DNA of 64,000 nt from a virus, in IMG/VR virus record IMGVR_UViG_3300033388_006651, positions 82,770-146,769 of that record. The stretch is one strand, 5' to 3'. The translations under genes were made by a program, and so were the position numbers. The notes beneath the pieces were generated by a model. It had not been told where the DNA came from and did no database searches. It saw only the letters and a program-made list of their open reading frames with translations. Below are positions 56,862-64,000 of the stretch, piece by piece. Numbering within the stretch: position 1 is the stretch's first letter; the number at the start of each line of letters is the position of its first letter.

Positions 56862-57164
56862 ATGACTGGCCTCTCTACCGCTGCTGACAACGTCGCTCGG
56901 ACCACGCTCTGCCTGGGCAGTGCGGAGCAAAATACCGTCTTCAACCGGCAGTTCACCACCTACTCGGGAGCGCCAACGACTCCGGTGCTCAAGCAAACGA
57001 TCTCTTGTGACGAGCCGACGCCCTTCGATGTTTCGGTGGTGTTCGGAGACGACAACGTTTTCGTCACGGTCGAGTACAACAACCTCGAGTTTGGGTTCAC
57101 CGGTACCAATATTAATGGGTTACGGTGTGAGAATCACGCTCGACAGTGCCCCTTTTTCGTCTGA
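56862..57164 (+). CDS. Hypothetical protein
   Basis: Fills the gap; 100 aa. Confidence 0.55.
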   Translation: MTGLSTAADNVARTTLCLGSAEQNTVFNRQFTTYSGAPTTPVLKQTISCDEPTPFDVSVVFGDDNVFVTVEYNNLEFGFTGTNINGLRCENHARQCPFFV

Positions 57165-57169
57165 CCGCC

Positions 57170-57439
57170 ATGCCAACTCCAGACCCAAAGAAAGTAGCCA
57201 AGCAGTTCCTCGCTCAACGCGGGGACTCCTGGAAGGACCTGTACCTGGCGCCTTACCCTCGCGGGCTTACTCGGCATCTTCCGAGCGAACTCGACGTAGT
57301 GTGGTGGCGTGCCGGTGAACTCCACGAAGGCGATCTCCATGACTTCATCGCGGCTGACGATGACGAAACCATCAACGACGATGCGGCCTACAAGGTTGAC
57401 AACAAACGCGTGCGTGCGGACAAGGTGTATCTCCGATGA
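57170..57439 (+). CDS. Hypothetical protein
   Basis: ATGA coupling to the next gene. Confidence 0.65.
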   Translation: MPTPDPKKVAKQFLAQRGDSWKDLYLAPYPRGLTRHLPSELDVVWWRAGELHEGDLHDFIAADDDETINDDAAYKVDNKRVRADKVYLR

Positions 57440-59460
57440 GCGCCCGTAAACAGATGCGCCTCCAGGTGCTCAACAAGCCCTGGTACGAGAAGGTCTCCCT
57501 TCAAGACGCCAACACCGTCCACATGGAGAACGTCGAGACCATCACCGAGATGCTCGAACGGCGCAAGGACAAGAAGCGACCGATCCACATCGTGGGCATC
57601 GCGGGATCGAACCGGCACCCGAACAACCCGTCGCACGAGACGAGCAACTCGTGGCTGATGATCCGCAAGGCGATGGAGCACCTGTCCCACATGGACAACG
57701 TGACCACCCACGCCTTCAACCTGCCGACGATGGAGATCGAGCACTGCAACGGGTGCCGTTCCAGCACGAGTTCCCTGTGCCGGTTCCCCTGTATTGCCGC
57801 AGGAGAGCGCGTCCAGGGTGCGGGAATGAAGCGTATCGAAGAATTACGCGCAGGAGACGAGATTTCCACGGGAGTGGTCACGAAAGCGTGGCAATCGGGA
57901 ATCAAGTCTACTTTTTGGCTCACGTTATCTGATGGGCGTCGTCTCCGGCTCACGGACAACCACCCTGTCAAAGTGATCACGAGCAAAACGCGTACGAAGG
58001 AGACTGGATGGAAATGGGCGCCTGTTACAGAGTGGGTTGAGGTCAAGGACCTTGAAGTGGGAGACAAAATTCCTTTCGTGGTCGGAGGGGATTTCGGTCT
58101 CGGTATCGACCAGGCCCCGCATGATTTTCTTCTTGCCGGCGCGGTGTTCGGGGATGGATCTTTCTTCGGCACGAATCACGACGATGTTTGCGTGTACTAC
58201 GACGAACGATCGGCGGGCCTCGCCACGGCGCTAAAAACGGAAGTTCCTTACGAGGTGAAAGACCGGAAGCATGCGGTTAAGGCTGAGGTATGCGAGAAAC
58301 ATGGTTGGCCTTCTTCAGCGTGTGACCACATGAGGAAGGTTGTCTATCATCCTCGCATTGGTCGAATGCTAAAACACAGGATCGGCCTGGACAAAAGCGT
58401 GTCGGTGTCGCAACGGCGCCTCCCGGACGCTGTGATGGAAGGATCGCGCGAACAGGTGGCAGCGTTTCTTCGCGGATGGTTTTCCGCAGATGGCTCTGTC
58501 AATATGCACGGAGACGGCTACGGCCGTGTGTCGCTTAGCAGCTCCAGCGTACAGGCCCTTCGTGACGCCCAGATGTTGTTTGCCAAGCTCGGAATTCGTT
58601 CGTGCATGTACGATCTTTCCCACATCAAAGTGGTGGAGGAAAACCGGAGTTTCACTCGAGCGAGTGAGCTTCAAATTACGGACGCTACCCACATCAAACT
58701 TTTTGCCGAAATCGTCGGATTCGCAGAAAATAACAAAACGGCCAAGATTCAGGAGTTTCCCGAACGGCGCCCATGTTCTCGGCCATACGGTAAAGTTGTT
58801 TCTATTGAGGCCACGGGAGTTGACGAACCGGTTTACGACATCACCGTGGAAGGGACGCATGAATTCGTCGCTGGCGGTATTCCTGTACATAACTGTGATT
58901 GCTGGCCCTACGACGACATGCAGGATGTCTACGCCCAGCTCACCCTGGCCGACGGCATCCTGTTCGGAACTCCGGTTGCGTCTCTACAAGTCGGGTCACG
59001 TCTCAAGGCCCTGATTGATCGCCTCATCTCGATGGACGGTGGCCGGTTCGCTCCCATGTACAACGTGGACGGGGCGACCTGGAAGAACCCAGAGTCCAAG
59101 AACGCTGAGCAGCGAGTTGGGATGCGTGGGGACTTCCGGTACGTCCAACGACTGGCCGGGAAGGTCTGTGCCGCGTTCGCCACCGGTAAGGATTCTGGTT
59201 CCTACGACGTGGCCATGAAGGTCTTGTCGGCCATGAACCAGCGTGGGTGTTTCATCCCTCCCAACGCGGTGGTGAACTGGAACAGCCCACGAGTCCACAA
59301 GGACACGGCTTACGACAAGCACGATTTCCTCAAGGCGCTCGAGCCAGGGGGATACCTTGGTGACTTGATCGATCAGACGTGCGAGACCGTGGTTGAAGCT
59401 GCGACGCTTATCCGAGGCAACGAAGATCTCTGGATGAAGACGCTGGCGGGTCGCACCTGA
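57436..59460 (+). CDS. Flavodoxin-fold iron-sulfur flavoprotein / NADPH-dependent FMN reductase family protein, intein-containing
   Basis: IVGIAGSNR, CNGC...C...CDC, DDMQ..Y..L..ADGILFGTPV and LKALIDRL motifs. Confidence 0.88.
   Translation: MSARKQMRLQVLNKPWYEKVSLQDANTVHMENVETITEMLERRKDKKRPIHIVGIAGSNRHPNNPSHETSNSWLMIRKAMEHLSHMDNVTTHAFNLPTMEIEHCNGCRSSTSSLCRFPCIAAGERVQGAGMKRIEELRAGDEISTGVVTKAWQSGIKSTFWLTLSDGRRLRLTDNHPVKVITSKTRTKETGWKWAPVTEWVEVKDLEVGDKIPFVVGGDFGLGIDQAPHDFLLAGAVFGDGSFFGTNHDDVCVYYDERSAGLATALKTEVPYEVKDRKHAVKAEVCEKHGWPSSACDHMRKVVYHPRIGRMLKHRIGLDKSVSVSQRRLPDAVMEGSREQVAAFLRGWFSADGSVNMHGDGYGRVSLSSSSVQALRDAQMLFAKLGIRSCMYDLSHIKVVEENRSFTRASELQITDATHIKLFAEIVGFAENNKTAKIQEFPERRPCSRPYGKVVSIEATGVDEPVYDITVEGTHEFVAGGIPVHNCDCWPYDDMQDVYAQLTLADGILFGTPVASLQVGSRLKALIDRLISMDGGRFAPMYNVDGATWKNPESKNAEQRVGMRGDFRYVQRLAGKVCAAFATGKDSGSYDVAMKVLSAMNQRGCFIPPNAVVNWNSPRVHKDTAYDKHDFLKALEPGGYLGDLIDQTCETVVEAATLIRGNEDLWMKTLAGRT
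57790..58893 (+). mobile_element. Intein (368 aa) with LAGLIDADG homing endonuclease
   Basis: Begins CIAAG; block B LTDNHP; LAGAVFGDGS and FLRGWFSADGSV; ends VYDITVEGTHEFVAGGIPVHN|C. Confidence 0.95.
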
Positions 59461-59503
59461 CCTCGGTAGTTAGCCCATAGCATCTCCTTTGTTGGAGGCG
59501 CTC

Positions 59504-59980
59504 ATGGTTCTGTTGGCTGAAAGCATCACGTTGGACTACGGGACCATCCTCACCGTTGCGGGGATTGTATTCGGTGCAGGTGGTGTCATCGGCGGTTTGA
59601 AGCTCAAGGCGATTTTGGCTGAGGCCAAGACCAAGGACGTTGGCGAGCAATCCGAGAAGGCGAAGGAAAAGCTCGAACGTGTTGATGAAAAGATCTTCGA
59701 CGAGATCAAGAACATCAATAAGACGATGCAGCGTCGTTTCAACTCCCAGGACGACAAGGCGGCCAGCGCCGAGAAGTCGATGATCGGCAAACTGGAGAAC
59801 TTCCAGTCCAAGGTGTTCACCCGTCTCGATGGCGTGCAAGAGAAGTTGTCCGACCAGGACAAGCGCATTACGGTGGCCGAAACGGAAGCCAAGCACACTC
59901 GTGAAAAGGTCACCAAACACGCCCAGAAGATCACGATGTACGGCAAAGAGGCGTTCAAAATGCCGGAACGTGATTCGTAG
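59504..59980 (+). CDS. Single-TM coiled-coil protein (possibly lysis-related)
   Basis: N-terminal TM helix then a long coiled coil; GGAGG RBS; class-B variant at 59475. Confidence 0.7.
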   Translation: MVLLAESITLDYGTILTVAGIVFGAGGVIGGLKLKAILAEAKTKDVGEQSEKAKEKLERVDEKIFDEIKNINKTMQRRFNSQDDKAASAEKSMIGKLENFQSKVFTRLDGVQEKLSDQDKRITVAETEAKHTREKVTKHAQKITMYGKEAFKMPERDS

Positions 59981-60068
59981 AGATCAGTCGTCGATCTGAT
60001 CCAGCTCGAAAGGGCTCGAGCGCCGTTTCCCGGTTCAGACCCTTGGATCGTGATCCAAGGGTCTGAGA

Positions 60069-60545
60069 TCAGGGTTGCTCCTCGGAACCTTGGTTTTGGT
60101 AGAGCCACAGGAGCTCGAACGCCTCCTGGCTCAGCGTGTCTTCGAGTTCGGCCCCGACACGTAGAACGAGGGACTGCCCTTCATCACCACGGCAGTAGCA
60201 AACGAAGCCCACGTCGCCGTCGCCGTACTCGAAATGATCGAAGCCCGGATGGGTTGCATGTTGCCACAGGAACGAGAGGAGGTCCGTCTCCTGTTGGCAG
60301 CTCATCACGATCGGCCGAAGTTCTTTTCCGAAGATGTTCCAACGAACGGAGTGCGCACGTTTGATGTACTCACCGTCGTTGTCTTGCCATGTGCTGACGC
60401 AGTAGTAGCCACCCTGTCCCGCGAGCGGCACTTTTTCCGGATAGACCTCCCACCCTTTGGCTTTGAGTGTGTCAGCGATACGCTCGGCCTCCGCACGCGA
60501 ACTTTTCAAGGTGGCGGTGTGATCTTCGTAGTCGGTGTCGGACAT
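60069..60545 (-). CDS. Hypothetical protein
   Basis: CTATGG-N16-ATG start; good codon usage. Confidence 0.65.
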   Translation of the reverse strand: MSDTDYEDHTATLKSSRAEAERIADTLKAKGWEVYPEKVPLAGQGGYYCVSTWQDNDGEYIKRAHSVRWNIFGKELRPIVMSCQQETDLLSFLWQHATHPGFDHFEYGDGDVGFVCYCRGDEGQSLVLRVGAELEDTLSQEAFELLWLYQNQGSEEQP

Positions 60546-60697
60546 CCTGTTAACGCACATCCCATAGCCGCGCCCGTGACGCAGAGGTAGGTCCTAGTCG
60601 TACCTGTATGGGATCAGGACACCAGTTTCCGAAATGCGTGTATTTCGTGAAAAGGCGCCTGAGATCAATGCTTTTCAAGATGCGCCTCTCACGCAAG

Positions 60698-60723
60698 TGT
60701 AAAAAGGTCGGCAGCTCCGTGCA
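60698..60723 (+). promoter_or_regulatory. Class-A motif TGTAAA-N14-CGTGCA
   Basis: Exact spacing; followed by GAGGAG RBS and NADAR. Confidence 0.7.
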
Positions 60724-60733
60724 CGAGGAGACG

Positions 60734-61237
60734 ATGGAAGACCTTAGAAGCAAAACAGCCGTGATCCGAAAGGTGCGAGAGCCCTTCGGCATCCTCGGCA
60801 ACATGAGCAAGCACGCGGTCACATACGAGGGTCTCGTGTGGCCCAGGACTGAGGGCTTGTTCCAAGCGCTTCGATTTGCCAAGGACGATCCGGTCCGGGA
60901 AGAGATCCGCGCGCACAAGAATCCGATGCGTGCCAAGTTCGCTGCCAAGGGCAACGCGGACAAGATGGTCATCCCTCAGATGGGCGAGCAGGACCTCGCC
61001 AACATGCGCGTGTGCCTCCTGCTCAAGTACGAGGCTCACGAAGACGTGCGGGAGTGTCTGGCATCCACGGTGGGCAAGCCCATCGTCGAAGACTGCACCA
61101 GCCGTCAGCGCGGCTCGGGTCTCTTTTGGGGCGCGGCGCTGATCGACGAAAAGTGGGTTGGCGACAACTGGCTCGGCGTCCTTTGGATGGAACTACGAGA
61201 CACGGTAGGAGAAAACCGAGGACTCCTGACGAAATAG
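60734..61237 (+). CDS. NADAR family protein (YbiA-like)
   Basis: WPRTEGLFQALRF, M...L..KY..H, IVED, FWG and GDNWLG.LWMELR motifs. Confidence 0.88.
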   Translation: MEDLRSKTAVIRKVREPFGILGNMSKHAVTYEGLVWPRTEGLFQALRFAKDDPVREEIRAHKNPMRAKFAAKGNADKMVIPQMGEQDLANMRVCLLLKYEAHEDVRECLASTVGKPIVEDCTSRQRGSGLFWGAALIDEKWVGDNWLGVLWMELRDTVGENRGLLTK

Positions 61238-61449
61238 TGGTTTGGATTCAAGAGAAGGTCGATGCCATCCAGGCGTGGTGGAGCGGCAACGGTTTTGATC
61301 CGAACGGCGACTGTTGGGGCTCCCCCGAAGCCGGCGAAATGTGGAACTCGGGAAACGGCCAGCATGAACTGCTTAGGTCTCTCGCGGACCGCTTGGGAGT
61401 CGTTGACAAGATTCGATGGATAGCAGTTTGCGACACGGAGGAAACCTGA
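61237..61449 (+). CDS. Hypothetical protein
   Basis: TAGTG/TGATG couplings. Confidence 0.5.
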   Translation: MVWIQEKVDAIQAWWSGNGFDPNGDCWGSPEAGEMWNSGNGQHELLRSLADRLGVVDKIRWIAVCDTEET

Positions 61450-61700
61450 TGAGTGACGACGAACTGAAATTCGACGGGCTTGTGATTCTCTTCGGGGTGG
61501 TCCTCAGTTTCGTTTTCGGCTGGGCGTTTCTTTCCGTGATGGTTTGGTACGCGGAGGGAGTGATGAGCGGCGCTCCTCTGCCCTGCGGAATCGCGGGGTT
61601 TCAGGCAGCCCTCCACATCCTTCTCTACGACAGGCGGAAAGAAGCGCGGTGGGCGTGGGCCTTCTCCGAACACGACATGGCCAAGGAGATGCAACGCTGA
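61449..61700 (+). CDS. Small membrane protein
   Basis: GGAGG RBS; hydrophobic helices. Confidence 0.65.
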   Translation: MSDDELKFDGLVILFGVVLSFVFGWAFLSVMVWYAEGVMSGAPLPCGIAGFQAALHILLYDRRKEARWAWAFSEHDMAKEMQR

Positions 61701-62173
61701 TGATCGCCTACATCACCATGAGCTACGAGTACGAGGGCGGTCAGTCCGGCTTCATCGACTTCGAGGATCTGAGCAACGAGGTCATCGGAATCATCCTCGG
61801 GATCTGCAACTTCCACAAGGAACGCGCCTCTTCCGATTGGGAGATCGAAGCGACGTTTCCGGAAGGGCACGTCCCTAACCTCGGCCATTGGGTCGGGCTC
61901 CTCGAACCTGAGCACTTCTTCACGTATCTCCGTTACGGCCGGAAGCGTCCCGACCTGCCGGGCGCCTCGATGAAGACGGACGGGAGCCTTCCCAAGTACA
62001 CAGAGATTGTTCCGATCTCCACTGCCTTCGAGCGGTTGCCGCTCAAGTTGTTGGAGCGGTTGGCTGTGGCCTTCCGAGAGTATCTGGACGATGACGAGTA
62101 CGATCACTTGGAGGATGACTCCGAGGTAACTTTCACCCCTCTGTTCGAGAAGGAAGTGGAGGCTCGACGATGA
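61700..62173 (+). CDS. Hypothetical protein, paralogue A
   Basis: C-terminus LEDDSEVTFTPLFEKEVEARR is shared with the next gene. Confidence 0.7.
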   Translation: MIAYITMSYEYEGGQSGFIDFEDLSNEVIGIILGICNFHKERASSDWEIEATFPEGHVPNLGHWVGLLEPEHFFTYLRYGRKRPDLPGASMKTDGSLPKYTEIVPISTAFERLPLKLLERLAVAFREYLDDDEYDHLEDDSEVTFTPLFEKEVEARR

Positions 62174-62634
62174 TCTGCATCATCAGACACGAGTGGCAAA
62201 CCCAGGAGCCCGACTGGCATTTTCTCGACGTGGGGCGCCACGGGGAAGAGCTTGGTCGGACGCTCGTCACGTTCGTCAACGACGATGACGGGGAAGCTCC
62301 TTTCGCTGTGTTCGTGGGTTCCATGCCAAAAATCTCTCTGGTGGACGGCGCCCCAACCCCCTGGACGGAGATCGTGGGCGCGAAGGCGTTCTTCGATTTC
62401 TGGAAGCGCGGCGGGGAACGGCTTACCCCTTTCAGCAATGACCGGAAGCCTCGTACCTACAACGAGATCGAGCCTCTCGATCACCGGTTCGATATGTTCA
62501 CCCAGGAGCAACTCGAAGAACTACTGGCTGTTTTCCAACATGACTTGGCCAGCCAGGACCTGACTTTCCTTGAAGACGACGAAGAGGTTGTCTTTGGTCC
62601 CCTTTTTGAAACGGAAGTGGCGGCAAGACGATGA
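62170..62634 (+). CDS. Hypothetical protein, paralogue B
   Basis: C-terminus LEDDEEVVFGPLFETEVAARR. Confidence 0.7.
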   Translation: MICIIRHEWQTQEPDWHFLDVGRHGEELGRTLVTFVNDDDGEAPFAVFVGSMPKISLVDGAPTPWTEIVGAKAFFDFWKRGGERLTPFSNDRKPRTYNEIEPLDHRFDMFTQEQLEELLAVFQHDLASQDLTFLEDDEEVVFGPLFETEVAARR

Positions 62635-63476
62635 TGAACCCTTTACTCCTCACCTTTGTGCTCGCGTTTGCGGGCCCTTCCCCACAGCAACTAGAAGAGG
62701 CGCAGGTCCTATTTCGCGACGGCACCGTCAAGTACGAGAGCGCCGACTACAACGGTGCCATCAAGAGTTTCACAGAGGCTCTCGGCATCATGACGGAGGC
62801 CGACGGTGATGAGAGCACGCGCCTGACGTTGCTCTACAACATCGCCAAGGCGCACGAGAAGGCGTTCAAGATCGATCAGGACGTGCAGCATTTGCGGCAG
62901 GCCCAGATGCTGTACGAGCGCTATTTTGAGTTCGCCCAGAAGACGGGCAACCTGGGGGACGAACTCGACATCGAGTCGAAGCTCGCGCACCTCAACACGC
63001 AGCTCAAGATCCACTCCGAGATCCAGGAGAACAGGGACAAGGCCGAAGGGCCCCCGCCACCACCCCCGGTAACGACCCTCGGTGCCGATGTGGACACGGA
63101 TTGGGAAAAGCCTCGCAAGACCGGCATCGGGTTCGCGGTCGGCGGTGGTGTGTTCACCATCGGTGGCGTTGTCCTGGCCGTGCTCGGGAGCCAGTTTGAA
63201 GGGAAGGCCCAGACCCAGGTGAACGGCCTCACGGACCAGGGTGTCCCGATGGACCACCCGGCATGGGCCGAAGGCAATGAGTTCGTCGCCAGTGAGAAGC
63301 GCCGCGGTACTATTTTCATGGCCACCGGAGCCACTGTGGCCGTCGTAGGTGTTGCGGGCCTCGGGGTGGGCACATACTACCTCGTCAAGTCCAAGCGGCT
63401 CCGTGAGGGCCGTGTGGCCGCTGTGCCTGCTCTTTCCCCTGGATTCGCTGGAGTCCAGATTTCAGGACGATTCTGA
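62631..63476 (+). CDS. Myxobacterial-type secreted TPR protein with C-terminal TM hairpin
   Basis: Signal peptide, TPR (G..KY...DY.GAI..F..A; LLYNIAKAH), Pro linker, two TM helices, C-terminal G.QISGRF. Confidence 0.85.
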   Translation: MMNPLLLTFVLAFAGPSPQQLEEAQVLFRDGTVKYESADYNGAIKSFTEALGIMTEADGDESTRLTLLYNIAKAHEKAFKIDQDVQHLRQAQMLYERYFEFAQKTGNLGDELDIESKLAHLNTQLKIHSEIQENRDKAEGPPPPPPVTTLGADVDTDWEKPRKTGIGFAVGGGVFTIGGVVLAVLGSQFEGKAQTQVNGLTDQGVPMDHPAWAEGNEFVASEKRRGTIFMATGATVAVVGVAGLGVGTYYLVKSKRLREGRVAAVPALSPGFAGVQISGRF

Positions 63477-63754
63477 TGCACCACGCCAACGGCTATCACT
63501 ATCGCAACAAGCTGCACCACTCGTTCCACGAGGTGCTGTGCACCGAAGCGGAGAAGCGGGATCAGCGGGAGGACTGGGTCCTCGCAGAACGAACCGCCAT
63601 GTGGGAGGCTGTCAACCGCCATCGAACGCAGTTGGGCAAAGAGCCGCTGCCCATCGAGGACGTGGAGCGGGTAGAACAAATGGCTGTGGGACACACGGAC
63701 TACGCCACCAAGTACGCCCTGTACTGCACCGAACTGGTAGAGAACACACCATGA
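63476..63754 (+). CDS. Hypothetical phage protein
   Basis: ER.AMW.AVN..R...VE..AVGH.DY..KYALYC.EL. Confidence 0.7.
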   Translation: MHHANGYHYRNKLHHSFHEVLCTEAEKRDQREDWVLAERTAMWEAVNRHRTQLGKEPLPIEDVERVEQMAVGHTDYATKYALYCTELVENTP

Positions 63755-64000
63755 CCGCTGACTACATCGCGTGGGCCCAGTTCTGGTGCCCCACACCTAT
63801 CGCCCCTGAGCCCGTGTCGGTTCAGGCGGCTGCGGTGATCTACGACGACGTGGACGAGCGCCTGGGTGACGATGCCGAGGAAGACGATTTCTTGACGCGG
63901 GTGCTGTGGCTCGAGACGGCCATTCGCCTCGCACAAGCGGGCTGGACGATCCCTCGACTGGAAGACGCACGCTGGCCCGTGTCGAACGCGGCCCATGTAC
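63751..64000 (+). CDS. Hypothetical protein, 3'-truncated
   Basis: ATGA coupling; frame open to the window end. Confidence 0.55.
   Translation, partial: MTADYIAWAQFWCPTPIAPEPVSVQAAAVIYDDVDERLGDDAEEDDFLTRVLWLETAIRLAQAGWTIPRLEDARWPVSNAAHV

Noticed and set aside
1-64000. Stop-codon reassignment, as seen in some jumbo phages
   Set aside because: TAA, TAG and TGA all end recognisable full-length genes, and coding density is high under the standard code.
1-64000. Ordinary bacterial chromosome
   Set aside because: There are no housekeeping operons, and ORFans, lysins, fibres, free homing endonucleases and atypical tRNAs dominate. The phage call remains an inference because no capsid or terminase gene is in view.

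Overview
A GC-rich (roughly 60% by eye, not computed), gene-dense 64 kb segment best explained as part of a large dsDNA (jumbo) bacteriophage genome. This is inferred: no terminase or capsid gene is in the window, but there are tRNAs, many short ORFans, free-standing homing endonucleases, an intein, five peptidoglycan hydrolases and about 21 kb of giant Gly-rich fibre-like genes. Two captured genes (a GDGDGDG-repeat Cys-rich lipoprotein and a secreted TPR-TM protein) point to a myxobacterial, Nannocystaceae-like host. Highlights: (1) three recurrent, fixed-spacing upstream motifs that look like a phage transcription programme: a CTATN(G/A)-core motif before structural and lysis genes, TGTAAA-N14-CGTG(C/T)A before accessory genes, and leaderless TANNNT starts; (2) an algal-type vanadium haloperoxidase behind the putative late motif; (3) a tRNA locus with a tRNA-like gene carrying a D-loop hairpin insertion and an 8-nt anticodon loop, next to a TM-type RNase Z and a candidate pseudoknot RNA; (4) three ADP-ribose erasers (two macrodomains and NADAR); (5) a LAGLIDADG intein inside the Cys cluster of an iron-sulfur flavoprotein; (6) divergent twin GH25 lysozymes sharing one palindromic element; (7) a gene broken by a 10-bp tandem duplication. 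All family calls come from motifs recognised by eye; no database search was run.
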